A DNA stretch of 64,000 nucleotides, taken from positions 1,035-65,034 of the IMG/VR virus record IMGVR_UViG_3300027851_000024. One strand, 5' to 3'. The DNA is from a virus (taxonomy: Duplodnaviria > Caudoviricetes). The notes beneath the pieces were generated by a model. That model was not told where the DNA came from. It made no database searches and saw nothing but the letters and a program-made list of their open reading frames with translations. The translations under genes were made by a program, and so were the position numbers. Positions 17,460-26,681 of this stretch are shown here, one piece after another (positions within the stretch are counted from its first letter, which is position 1; every line of letters starts with the position of its first letter).

Positions 17460-17747
17460 TCATGATGCTCTCCTTTTGAGGTCTTGAATTGCTTCAAGGA
17501 TAGAAAGTTCTTTCTGCTTTGAGATGTCAAGTGCTATCCGAGTGTTATTAATTATCTGCTCGGCAGCCATAGCTTTGCGATATAGTTTGTCTCGTTGAGC
17601 CTTGTAAAAGGCTACTTCTTTCACAAGGTTTTTGACAAACGCAGCTATGTCTGCATCAGATGAAAGATTATGTTCTTCTCGGATTGAGAATAATACATCA
17701 ATGGCAGCTTTAGACATGTTGGTCTCCATTAGTTTGGTGGTTAGCAA
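17460..17747 (-). CDS. Hypothetical coiled-coil protein
   Basis: ORF with GGAG RBS before MSKAA. Confidence 0.5.
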   Translation of the reverse strand: MLTTKLMETNMSKAAIDVLFSIREEHNLSSDADIAAFVKNLVKEVAFYKAQRDKLYRKAMAAEQIINNTRIALDISKQKELSILEAIQDLKRRAS

Positions 17748-17904
17748 CTAAGATTCGCTTCCCATGAGAGGTGATAAAGTAAATTAGTTCGTTTGGACGC
17801 TTGGTTATGGCATGTTTATGGTTCCAGGCATAAAAATATTCTCCTCGTCCGGTCTGGTAAAGGTTCATTCCGATTAGTTCTGGCAAGAATTTGCGTGGGA
17901 TCAT
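17710..17904 (-). CDS. Hypothetical protein
   Basis: 64-aa ORF in the operon. Confidence 0.45.
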   Translation of the reverse strand: MIPRKFLPELIGMNLYQTGRGEYFYAWNHKHAITKRPNELIYFITSHGKRILVANHQTNGDQHV

Positions 17905-17907
17905 AGA

Positions 17908-18222
17908 TTAGATTTCCTCTCCTCTGGCCTTAGCCAAAACTATTTTTGCTTTTTCAAACCATTTAGCATAAACTCGCTCCCCTCTATTAAATGCCTCTTC
18001 TTCATCAACTGCTTCTTGCAAAAGGTTATAAAGTTCTGGTGCAGTAGAGACTAAATAAACATTAGCTGTTGCTTCTTCTATTTCTTTACAAACAAATGGA
18101 CACATATAACCATCATATTCACCAGCGATTACTAGATTTTCATTTGAATCTAATATAGAGGCTAAGTCTTTTGAGCCACAAAAAGTTATCTGCCATGGTC
18201 CTGGGGTGAATTTAGTTTTCAT
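17908..18222 (-). CDS. Conserved phage early protein (TPGPW...AAPEL type)
   Basis: FTPGPW...ANVYLVSTAPELY..L...LAKARGE pattern common in phage accessory genes. Confidence 0.65.
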   Translation of the reverse strand: MKTKFTPGPWQITFCGSKDLASILDSNENLVIAGEYDGYMCPFVCKEIEEATANVYLVSTAPELYNLLQEAVDEEEAFNRGERVYAKWFEKAKIVLAKARGEEI

Positions 18223-18584
18223 TATTTATCCTCCTTATTAAGGATTTTATAATCTTCTCTTCCATCTAATATAGAATCATTCTTTTCACTTATCATTACT
18301 AATTTTGGTGTTACTGAACCTTTTTTAGCAATTATGTTTTCATAAAACTTATGAATCCAGGTTCCTTTTTCTAATGAAGTGGAATCTTTGGTCAGGTCCA
18401 TGATTATGGCAATACATACCTCGCTTGACACTCCTTCTTGGTAAAGATTTACTATTTTGGTTAGTTGTCGATTAAGCATGGCGTTCCTCCAGTGAAGGTT
18501 GAGAAGGTTGGATACAAGTGATCTTGAGATGGTGTAATGGCCAGGTGGAAGAGATTCGAATTCTGATTGAGTTGTTATTTTCAT
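18222..18584 (-). CDS. Hypothetical protein
   Basis: 120-aa ORF overlapping the helicase stop. Confidence 0.5.
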   Translation of the reverse strand: MKITTQSEFESLPPGHYTISRSLVSNLLNLHWRNAMLNRQLTKIVNLYQEGVSSEVCIAIIMDLTKDSTSLEKGTWIHKFYENIIAKKGSVTPKLVMISEKNDSILDGREDYKILNKEDK

Positions 18585-20071
18585 TGATTGTTCTCAATTA
18601 TTTGCTCTAGCTGATATTGTTCGTATGCAACTTTGCGGGCTTTGTCAAAAGTGATTGGCCAACAGGCTTCGCATTTGCTCAGATCGAGTTGATGCAACGC
18701 TCGAGATGCAGCCACGTACAAGATGTTGGTTTCCTCAGTTGTGGGGTTCACATTATCTGTAGGGACTTTAAAATCATTGGCCAGACGTACCTTTGACCAT
18801 TCCAAGCCTTTTGCCTTATGCGCAGTAGTTATGGTTACATCGGCTTCGGCTGGATCTTCGACAGTTGATTCAAGTATGTTGAGTAATCTTTCTCGCCCAT
18901 AGGTTTCAATCAATTTCAGAATTGGCTTGATATCTCCGCCCATCGGTGAGTCTGCATACTCGACAAGATCATGGAAGTTCTTGAAGAGGAAGAGGTCAGG
19001 ATGATTGGTATAGCCTTTTAGCTTAAGTTGAATGATTGAATTGATAAGGTATGTTAGCTGCTGTGTTCCTCCTAAGATGTGGACAGACAAACCTCGTCCG
19101 AGGGCTTCAATGGTTTCAGCTATAATGCCTTTGTTCGTGCGACAGAGGATAGCGTCTACAGAGGGTAGAGGCTCATAATGGATTGAAGAAATCACATCAT
19201 CATTACCGTGAAATGACACATACTCGAAGTTATATGGATAATAGCCGGAGATTATTGTGTTGGCCATATTTGCAATGTCTTCACCGAAGCGGAAACTTCT
19301 AGTAATGTAGAGCTTTGTCAAATGGTCATCTTGCAGAGCATTGACAGCCCCACGCCAAGAGTAGATTTGCTGGAATTGGTCTCCAACAAAAATCTTCTGG
19401 CAGCTTTGATTTTTGATTACCTGAGCGATTACTGGGTTGCTATCCTGGTATTCGTCAAAGAAGATGAAGTCTTTGTTAATGATTGGATTGGTAAGTGCCC
19501 AGATTTTTAAATAAACATCGTGAGTTATGGGCATAGGTTTGGTTACGTCAGCCATTTCGTTGAACACAAGATTTGCGTGTTGAATCAGATCTTCACGCAT
19601 AACATCCAGATCTGCGTCTTGCAAGATGGTTAGTTTTGGCAAATGTTTGTATTGCATAACTTCGTCGCTAGAATAACAGTACTTGCGGATCGTATTTAGG
19701 ATTAAGTAACCTTTGTTGGCAGGAGAGTTATAAAGCTGCCAGTCTCCGATGTCGAAAGTATCTGCAAGTTGTTTGCCAGTCAGTTTTTGCAGCTTTTTCC
19801 TGTACTTGAAGCCAACAGATCCATAGGCTAGTGCATGGCCAGTTTTACAAGTAACAGTACTGGCGAATTTAGTTGCAGCTTCTTGGGCGAGGAGCTTGTT
19901 AAAAGAAATTGACAAGCCCAAGCCTGGCATCTTTCTTGCCATTGCTAAGAGCAAGAAAGTTTTGCCACTCCCAGGAGGTGCCTGGATTGCATAATCGTTG
20001 CCGTCAAGAATGGTGTTCACGTGCGATTCTTGTTCAGCTGTTAGAGTTTTGCCTTTATATTTCATTACCAT
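18581..20071 (-). CDS. Superfamily 1 (UvrD-like) helicase
   Basis: APPGSGKT, FFDEYQDS, VGDQFQQIYSWRGA, RSFRFG, TAHKAKGLEW, YVAASRA. Confidence 0.9.
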   Translation of the reverse strand: MVMKYKGKTLTAEQESHVNTILDGNDYAIQAPPGSGKTFLLLAMARKMPGLGLSISFNKLLAQEAATKFASTVTCKTGHALAYGSVGFKYRKKLQKLTGKQLADTFDIGDWQLYNSPANKGYLILNTIRKYCYSSDEVMQYKHLPKLTILQDADLDVMREDLIQHANLVFNEMADVTKPMPITHDVYLKIWALTNPIINKDFIFFDEYQDSNPVIAQVIKNQSCQKIFVGDQFQQIYSWRGAVNALQDDHLTKLYITRSFRFGEDIANMANTIISGYYPYNFEYVSFHGNDDVISSIHYEPLPSVDAILCRTNKGIIAETIEALGRGLSVHILGGTQQLTYLINSIIQLKLKGYTNHPDLFLFKNFHDLVEYADSPMGGDIKPILKLIETYGRERLLNILESTVEDPAEADVTITTAHKAKGLEWSKVRLANDFKVPTDNVNPTTEETNILYVAASRALHQLDLSKCEACWPITFDKARKVAYEQYQLEQIIENNQ

Positions 20072-20084
20072 GGCTTAACCTCCT

Positions 20085-20312
20085 TTAATAATCATAATCT
20101 GGTTCATCTAGCTCAGCTTCAGGTACATCAGCCTCGCAACAATCGGTGACTGGGTTGCCGTAATCAGATGGATAATGAATTCCAGCCTGGCCGTGAGTGC
20201 AATGAGTTCCTGAGTAACTGAATGATGTATCTATGGCAATTATCTTGCAGGGCTGATGGCAGGCTGGACACTTAAAATCTGGTGGAGTTACCCAAGTTGG
20301 AAGTCTTTTCAT
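20085..20312 (-). CDS. Zinc-binding hypothetical protein
   Basis: CPAC...DCC. Confidence 0.5.
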   Translation of the reverse strand: MKRLPTWVTPPDFKCPACHQPCKIIAIDTSFSYSGTHCTHGQAGIHYPSDYGNPVTDCCEADVPEAELDEPDYDY

Positions 20313-20453
20313 TTTCTATTGCCTCAATTTTGGTTATCTGATTCCAGTCTGCTGGGTCAGTTTCAGTAGAAAGGATTATACCGATTAGGATAGCTACAGA
20401 TGTACCACCAAGTACAAATCCGCAAAGAAACAAGATTGCTTGTTTTAAATTAT

Positions 20454-20960
20454 TCATTTGGACACCAAATAACAGGCAAATTCAGCAGAGGTTAAGATCA
20501 TAGCCTTGTGGAACTTTACACTATTTTCGCCATCAACAGATATTCTTAAGGTTGCATCGGGATCATTTTTACAGTGATCCATTCGTTTTACGGATATTTC
20601 TTCAAGAAGACTTGTTAGAGGCTTTAACTGATCGGCTGGGGTTCCCTGGACGTCGACGATTCCACATTCTTCCAGAATTTCTCTAGCACGAATAACTGCT
20701 GGAGGTTCTTTCGGGAGTTCGAACCTTATCAATTGGTTGTTAACGATTCGATGCAATGATTCGCGCCAATTGGTAAGCTGTGGGAAGCCTTTTACAATAC
20801 TGGAGACTGTTATATATTGCCTGCCTGGGATGGCTTGTTCAACAGAGGTCATTGGTGCCCATTCGTCATGATCAATGAATGGTTTGACTACATAAAATGA
20901 CCACTTGCCATCTGCATCCATGGCTGCCCACTTCCAGCGACTGTCAATATTTAGGTTCAT
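20454..20960 (-). CDS. Conserved phage hypothetical protein
   Basis: W.AMDADG.W...KP...NWRESL motif seen in phage early proteins. Confidence 0.6.
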   Translation of the reverse strand: MNLNIDSRWKWAAMDADGKWSFYVVKPFIDHDEWAPMTSVEQAIPGRQYITVSSIVKGFPQLTNWRESLHRIVNNQLIRFELPKEPPAVIRAREILEECGIVDVQGTPADQLKPLTSLLEEISVKRMDHCKNDPDATLRISVDGENSVKFHKAMILTSAEFACYLVSK

Positions 20961-20973
20961 TCAGGGCTCCTTT

Positions 20974-21234
20974 TTATTCTAGGTCAGTCATTGTTAAACC
21001 CTTGGTTACGCGGGTTTGGCTGAATTTCTGACGAATGAAGTTGATAGATTCTTCAGTTGGAATCTCTTTCGGATCATCACAGAGATAAATGATTCCATAG
21101 TAAAAAGTAAGTTTGATGACTTGACTGATTGTGGTTAGTTCAGCTACTGGTATGCCCTTAGCAATTAGGCCGTCTCTAGCCTTGGCCAGGTCTTCAACAG
21201 TCATGCGAACTGATACTACGCGGGATTTGCTCAT
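20974..21234 (-). CDS. Putative RHH-like regulator (paralog of the next gene)
   Basis: RVVSVRMTVEDLAK...LTTISQVIK. Confidence 0.5.
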   Translation of the reverse strand: MSKSRVVSVRMTVEDLAKARDGLIAKGIPVAELTTISQVIKLTFYYGIIYLCDDPKEIPTEESINFIRQKFSQTRVTKGLTMTDLE

Positions 21235-21237
21235 TAG

Positions 21238-21642
21238 CTATTCCTCTTCTTCGTTAAGTTCATCTTCTTCGTCCATCCAGTCAGTTGGAGGACTGAAATC
21301 AGTTACAACAGAAATGTCAGACTCGGTAATATCAGATGGAAGTGGCATAAAAAGAGTTGGATTCTTCAAACTTACTAGGTTTTCTTCATCATCTGCCAGG
21401 CTGGAGAGGTTGATTTCTCTTTTCTTTGGAAGGATTATGAAATTCTTAACTTCATTCATGATGTTTGGGTCTACCTGACCAGATTGGCCGAGGGTCATTT
21501 TGGCCAGATAATCTGTATAGATGATTTTGACTAGTTGGCTTAAGCTAGTGAGCTGAAAGCTTGGCTCAAGTGCACGGACTATCTGCAGGCCCCTGGCAAG
21601 TTGATATGGAGATAGACGAAATGTTATGATTGGATTACTCAT
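21238..21642 (-). CDS. Putative RHH-like regulator with acidic tail
   Basis: Likely start MSNPIITFRLSPYQLAR...LTSLSQLVK after the GGAG RBS. Confidence 0.5.
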   Translation of the reverse strand: MSNPIITFRLSPYQLARGLQIVRALEPSFQLTSLSQLVKIIYTDYLAKMTLGQSGQVDPNIMNEVKNFIILPKKREINLSSLADDEENLVSLKNPTLFMPLPSDITESDISVVTDFSPPTDWMDEEDELNEEEE

Positions 21643-21661
21643 TATAAAGCTCCACTGAAAA

Positions 21662-21850
21662 TTATTCTTCTTCTTTACATTTATTACAGTTAGGTTTAGC
21701 CGCAGTATAAAGACCACAAAACTCACAACAGTAATTAATATTTCCAGGATATTTTTTAATATGCTCACATACACAATTAAAACCAAACTCTGGATTTTCA
21801 CAGGTACAAGAATTAGTTTCTTTAAAAAAGAGTTCTTTATCGATTATCAT
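21662..21850 (-). CDS. Small Cys-rich protein
   Basis: CxC, CxC, CCxxC, CxxC; AT-rich. Confidence 0.5.
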   Translation of the reverse strand: MIIDKELFFKETNSCTCENPEFGFNCVCEHIKKYPGNINYCCEFCGLYTAAKPNCNKCKEEE

Positions 21851-21860
21851 TGTAGCTCCT

Positions 21861-22319
21861 TTATGCTGACTGCTGGTTAATGCTTGAGTTTGCCTGAAAG
21901 GTGCGAAGAATCGCTTCTTGCTGCTCCTGGTTCAGAGATGCAAGAATCTGTTTTGCAAGAACCTCAATATTGATAGGCTCTTTGGCTGTGGGAATTTTTG
22001 CAACTTTGGCTGTTTCCCTCTTTTGGATATTGAACTTACTTATGCTGATGTTATAATCTATGATCCGGTACAAATCTGCTTTCTCTTTCCAGGCTTTAGC
22101 TGCCTCTTGGTAAGCGAGCTGTGTCTCTTCTTTCTTCTTGTTTAGTGGAATGAGTTCAGATTTTGTAGCTGTTGCCAAGTTGCTAAGTGCTTTATGATAG
22201 CAGGTCTTGCAAAGATGTTCATGCAAGTTCAGTTGGTGGAGGTTATGAAGTTCGATTTCACTCATATCAAAGCCGACCGCGGGATTGATGGTTTGGCAAA
22301 CTGGGCAAAGTTTTTGCAT
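21861..22319 (-). CDS. Zinc finger + coiled-coil protein with shared C-terminal motif
   Basis: CPVC...CKTC; ends LAKQILASLNQEQQEAILRTF. Confidence 0.6.
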   Translation of the reverse strand: MQKLCPVCQTINPAVGFDMSEIELHNLHQLNLHEHLCKTCYHKALSNLATATKSELIPLNKKKEETQLAYQEAAKAWKEKADLYRIIDYNISISKFNIQKRETAKVAKIPTAKEPINIEVLAKQILASLNQEQQEAILRTFQANSSINQQSA

Positions 22320-22337
22320 GGCAGGCTCCTTTTAAGG

Positions 22338-22619
22338 TTATAAAGAATACTTCTTATTTTCTTCAGTTTCTATTATTTCACGTAACTCATTTTCAAAATT
22401 ATCTCCCCTCCATGAATTACCTTTAGCAAAAGCAATTCCACATTTTTCAATTCTATCTAAAGATATAACTGCACATGATCCTGGCTCGTCAAATAATGTT
22501 GCAAGGAAAGTCTCTTCTTTGATTGATTCATCTGGAGCATGTAAAAATATGATAGCGTAGAATCCGTTTCCACTGACACCATTTCTGTGATAGCTGTATT
22601 CTTTTATTTTGATATTCAT
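22338..22619 (-). CDS. Conserved phage hypothetical protein (AT-rich cassette)
   Basis: YHRNGVSG..F...NSWRGD motif; flanked by a duplicated RBS/start. Confidence 0.6.
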   Translation of the reverse strand: MNIKIKEYSYHRNGVSGNGFYAIIFLHAPDESIKEETFLATLFDEPGSCAVISLDRIEKCGIAFAKGNSWRGDNFENELREIIETEENKKYSL

Positions 22620-22629
22620 GGCTGGCTCC

Positions 22630-23102
22630 TTAACACTTGATGATTGAAAGTTCTCCGGAAAGATCGTTGATTGCCAGGTAGTCAATGGCACTCAGGCTGA
22701 AGCATTCAAGTGCGTATTGTTCGGCTGCGAGGGGTGATTGGCCATAGGTCTTTATGTACTCAGGAGGGACATTCATCTTGTAGAGTTGTGGATTAGTATT
22801 GCAGGGCGTTGGCTTTAGGCGATAGACTACTGAATATGGCATCATGATTATTTTCCTTTCCTTAATAGGGCGAAGATTTGGCTGCTTGGGCAGTGAGAAT
22901 TGATGATCTGGTCATTATGCTTGAGGTAATTCCCAGCTTTGAGCCAGCTGGTCAGTTCGAAGTATGTAACTTCTGAAAGAAACTTGAATCCGCAGTAGGT
23001 ATCGCTGGATGAGAAGAACCGAATTGTGGGCCTTTTAATCTTGGGGCGTTTTCTAATTGGCATGATGCTGACCTCTGGAAGTGGTTCAGAATGGTCGTTC
23101 AT
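22630..23102 (-). CDS. Two small hypothetical early proteins (22630-22845 and 22848-23102)
   Basis: Tightly packed ORFs in the early operon. Confidence 0.45.
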
Positions 23103-23116
23103 AAATGAACAGCCAA
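23097..23116. promoter_or_regulatory. Dispersed palindrome, copy 2 (GTTCAtaaaTGAAC-AGCCAA)
   Basis: Same motif as 13407. Confidence 0.7.
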
Positions 23117-23593
23117 ACTGAAATTTCGACTGAACAAGATTGAGTGTAAGTTGAGGTGGTTATAACTTGGATACGACGAAGCTGACTGTGTGTTGTTACC
23201 AGTGGGTGACTTCGTCGCCTGGCATGGTTACTGTCCAATCTGTTCGATGTAATTGATCAGGCCGTACGTAATTAATATGAAGAACGTGGCAATTGCTAAG
23301 CGTTTAAAGAATGATAGTTTTTCAGTTTTCATGGCTATTTCTCACTGAAGGTTAATCTTAACTCCGACGCCTTCTGCAATTACGATGCCCATGGCAATTG
23401 CATCGTAAACTGCATCCTCGCCGCATAGGCAAATCATTGAATCGAGATAATCATGTTTGAACGGGTCGAGTAGTAAGAAGTCCAGAATGTCCATTGTTTG
23501 CTCCTTGGTTAGGGTTATCTGTCTTGCTAACTCAACAACAGGACAAAGACTTTACACTTTCCAATCTTTGTCCTGATGTTCAGGTAGCCAGAT

Positions 23594-23926
23594 TTAGTTC
23601 CAGGTTCGATGTGTTTCAGCTACATGCTCTATTCCATTATATTCATTAATATACCAATCAATCTCATCTGGAATTTCAATTACTTTCAATTCACTATTTC
23701 TATCATTTGCTTCCTGCTGAAGCTCTTCAACAGTTTGAATAAGCTCCTTGGAGTTTCTATCAATATCGTAAACTGAAAAATATGAGTTGGCATTAAAATC
23801 TGGAGAAGTATAAAATTCATCTGAATCATTTTTACTCAAGGTAATGCCAGCCAGTTCTGCATACCTTAAAATTGCTTTTTCAGACAATCCAAAGCCACCA
23901 AAACAAGTATTGATTACAACTTTCAT
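23594..23926 (-). CDS. Conserved phage protein
   Basis: KVVINTCFGGFGLS...R....L...VE.L...AN....LKV.EIP...W.I.EY.G.E.V.E motif. Confidence 0.7.
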   Translation of the reverse strand: MKVVINTCFGGFGLSEKAILRYAELAGITLSKNDSDEFYTSPDFNANSYFSVYDIDRNSKELIQTVEELQQEANDRNSELKVIEIPDEIDWYINEYNGIEHVAETHRTWN

Positions 23927-23943
23927 AATGGTCTCCTTTAAAG

Positions 23944-24156
23944 TTATTTAATGCTGATCAGATAGCCATCCTTCATCTGGCCTTGTGCATACCATTTGTG
24001 TGGCTGCGGATAATGCGGGCCTTCCAAATAGACTGTACCATTGGCTGGCAGGGCTGGCCCAAATGGCCCGGGCTGATAGCAAGTTATCTTTTCTCCGGCT
24101 GCCAGGGCAAGTTTAATCTCTTTCTTAGTTTTGAAGTTTTTGGTTGTGTATGCCAT
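23944..24156 (-). CDS. Conserved small phage protein
   Basis: NFKTKK...YQPGPFG...LEGPHYPQPHKWYA; AAGGAG RBS. Confidence 0.7.
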   Translation of the reverse strand: MAYTTKNFKTKKEIKLALAAGEKITCYQPGPFGPALPANGTVYLEGPHYPQPHKWYAQGQMKDGYLISIK

Positions 24157-24212
24157 GTTGGTTAGCTCCTTTTTGGTTGGTTACAGGCCGGCACCTTCGG
24201 TGCTTGGAATGG

Positions 24213-24757
24213 TTAAACAACTCTGAAGAAATTATTAATTCTGCCACTGGCATCAAATGTGTAAGCTGTGGCTGCACGGTTACGTACTTCAATCCATAGA
24301 GCTTTTTCAGGTTTAATGGTTCCAGCTTGAATCTGATCTCGCAATCTAAACAGGTAACTAACATCACAAGTGCCTATCACCTGCTCGCCTGTCCAAAGGT
24401 TGGGAGTTGTTTCCATTTGCTCTGGTCTCCAAGTAGTGCATTGTGGCTGTAAGTGCTGCAATTCCTCTGGCTGTCTGGCATAATAAAATGTGATGTTCAT
24501 CTTTGCCTCCTGGCATTCTTTATGGCTTGTCTCAAACTTTCTGCAATTGCCAGCTTTGGATTGTTTTTGCTGATTATGAGAGCTTCCAGCCTGAGCTTTA
24601 GGCTCTCTATTTTGTCCCATGAAAATTCATGATTTCTTGCAATGTAGGCCAGGCTAGCTTTGCATGGATCACAGACATTTGATCGACCTTTAATAATGGT
24701 TATGGCTTGCCTGCAAATGTTGCACCGTGATTTGACTGTTTCAATCTTTGCTGTCAT
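24213..24757 (-). CDS. Two hypothetical early proteins (about 24213-24500 and 24497-24757, the latter with CxxC...CxxC)
   Basis: GGAGG RBSs; directly downstream of the promoter at 24902-24930. Confidence 0.5.
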
Positions 24758-24901
24758 GTTCCTCCTGCTGGTGATCTCAATCCATTGGCTAAGATGCTAC
24801 TTACGTTTGCTTTGTCGGTTATGTGCCAGTAAAACATTTTATGTGTCCTCCGAGTTTTGTCCAGGCTGGCTGGTGAAATAAAATGGTGATATTGTAAGGG
24901 A

Positions 24902-24930
24902 ATTGTACCGTATACGTGGTGGGTTGTCAA
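24902..24930 (-). promoter_or_regulatory. Strong sigma70-type early promoter
   Basis: TTGACA-17bp-TACAAT. Confidence 0.85.
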
Positions 24931-24939
24931 CATGTTTTT

Positions 24940-25345
24940 CGTAAACGGTCGGTGCGGGTGGTCGTGGCTATGTTGTAGCTACTTTGTGGAACCTATATAG
25001 TACGGGTGGCGGGTGGCGTAGCCATGCCGGAAAAGCAACAAGGGTGGCCGTGGTTGCACGTGGCGTAGTCACTGGCTATGTGGGTATGGCTGACGGTGAA
25101 CGTGGCGTGACGGGGCAAAATAGCGGGTTTTAACGGGGATGGTGGGAAATGGCGTTGACTGATTACCCGTAAACGTAAACAATTGCCCCCCCTCTTGGCC
25201 CTCGTATTTAAGTATTCAATAAAAAAATTATATACTAACATAGACCCACCCTCTCCTCCACCCTGTTTTCTGTAAACGTTTACACCTATCATTCCCTTTA
25301 AAGGGGGGGGGGCAAACGTTTACTACTACAATCAAACAGTAAACA
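24940..25345. repeat. Candidate origin/terminal region with inverted repeats, palindromes and GTGGC-skewed tract
   Basis: IR 25175-25196 / 25301-25323, perfect palindrome TGTAAACGTTTACA 25271-25284, repeated GTAAAC, AT-rich core, G-rich GTGGC repeats 24915-25150. Confidence 0.5.
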
Positions 25346-25440
25346 GTCTAAATGGTGAGGACAAACAAAAAGACCAGCAAGGAATAATCCCCAGCTGGCC
25401 TTGTTTGGGTTGCTAAACAGCAAGTTTTGAAGGATTGTAA

Positions 25441-25656
25441 TTACTTGTTCAATTCAATCCAGATGCCGACCTTAATCGCGCGGTTAATCTTATCGGGATA
25501 AATTCCAAGAAATTTCAAAACTCCGGTGATATTGCTTTCGTCGGTACCTAAGATACAACGAACAACTCGCATATCATCCCGGTTCGTGGTCTTTTTAATA
25601 TCCTGACCTATCTCCATTCCTGCCTTTACATCTCTTGCAATTTTCAAAATTTTCAT
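25441..25656 (-). CDS. Hypothetical early protein
   Basis: Start MKILKIARD after the GGAG RBS. Confidence 0.5.
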   Translation of the reverse strand: MKILKIARDVKAGMEIGQDIKKTTNRDDMRVVRCILGTDESNITGVLKFLGIYPDKINRAIKVGIWIELNK

Positions 25657-25670
25657 GTTCTTAATTCTCC

Positions 25671-25705
25671 AAAAGCCGGACATACCCGTTACAGGCATAT
25701 CCGGC
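25671..25705 (-). terminator. Intrinsic terminator-like hairpin
   Basis: GCCGGATATGCC-tgtaacg-GGTATGTCCGGC-TTTT on the minus strand. Confidence 0.6.
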
Positions 25706-25726
25706 AATAGTTAAGGTTGTTTGTAG

Positions 25727-26143
25727 TTATTCAGCTTGATTTGCTTTAATCTGTGCCATTATGACCGCCAGCTGTTCCGGTGTCAACTTGCTAAGAGTAT
25801 CAATGGCCGTTGCAACCTTGTTTCCGGTTTTCGGCCTTGTCGTCACGGTCCACTTCATAGCGTCAACCTTATCCTGACCGCTTTTCTCCGTCCAAGCTTC
25901 GCCTTTTTTGACTGCCTTAAAACTCGCTCTGCAATCGATCAATCCTTTTTGCAGACCTGCCTGTAAGAGCGCATGCGTGAAACCATGTTCATTCGCCCAT
26001 GCGAGCAATTGCTCGGAGCTTTCAAACTGTTCAGCGGTCGGAAACAATGACCTTGGCAAACTGTGTTCTACGTTCCTTCCAACTGCGGGAACACTGGTTT
26101 CGGTCTCTAACGTGTCCAGGATTTCAAAGATACTTTTAGCCAT
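25727..26143 (-). CDS. First early gene; distant paralog of 16399-16761
   Basis: AAGGAG RBS, tandem promoters upstream; ends TAIDTLSKLTPEQLAVIMAQI. Confidence 0.7.
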   Translation of the reverse strand: MAKSIFEILDTLETETSVPAVGRNVEHSLPRSLFPTAEQFESSEQLLAWANEHGFTHALLQAGLQKGLIDCRASFKAVKKGEAWTEKSGQDKVDAMKWTVTTRPKTGNKVATAIDTLSKLTPEQLAVIMAQIKANQAE

Positions 26144-26229
26144 GATAAAACTCCTTTATCTGGGATTTTGCTTGCTTTGCCCGGACAATCCGAGCGATGA
26201 CTAACGTACCTTTACGCTAGCCATGCCTA

Positions 26230-26258
26230 CTTATATAAAATCGTTTCAGGTCTGTCAA
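26230..26258 (-). promoter_or_regulatory. Sigma70-type early promoter
   Basis: TTGACA-17bp-TATAAG. Confidence 0.8.
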
Positions 26259-26310
26259 GAATTATTTTTCGCCTTGTTTCATTTTTCTAATTGCCTCTCC
26301 ATTCCCAATT

Positions 26311-26339
26311 ACAATATCTCCCCAGTTCTGCCTTGTCAA
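26311..26339 (-). promoter_or_regulatory. Sigma70-type early promoter (tandem)
   Basis: TTGACA-17bp-TATTGT. Confidence 0.7.
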
Positions 26340-26659
26340 TCTTTTTTCTTTTCACCATTCCTGCACGATCATATCTATATGATGCTATCCCGATCAGCCT
26401 GGACAAACTTGTTTGCTGTCTGACCTGCTAGCCTGGTGTACCTGCTAGCCAGGGGAACAATCTTTGTCATGCGTGACCTGCCCGCATGTGGATGCCTCGA
26501 TTCCTATTCTTTGAATTAGGGTTTCTCATATAATTTGCGGAAACAACGACTTTTGAACTGCCGTCATTTGGATCCAACCAACTAATCAACACACCTCTCA
26601 AAATTTATATCCTTAGAAGTGATCTGAACTGCCGTCAATTCACACCTTTCCACAGTAGT

Positions 26660-26681
26660 GTTCACAGATGAACAGCCAGTC
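26660..26681. promoter_or_regulatory. Dispersed palindrome, copy 3 (GTTCAcagaTGAAC-AGCCAGTC)
   Basis: Same motif; related half-sites TGAACTGCCGTCA at 26554 and 26625. Confidence 0.7.

Noticed and set aside
24993-25292. 99-aa minus-strand ORF
   Set aside because: No RBS, composition driven by the repeats and homopolymers; more likely non-coding
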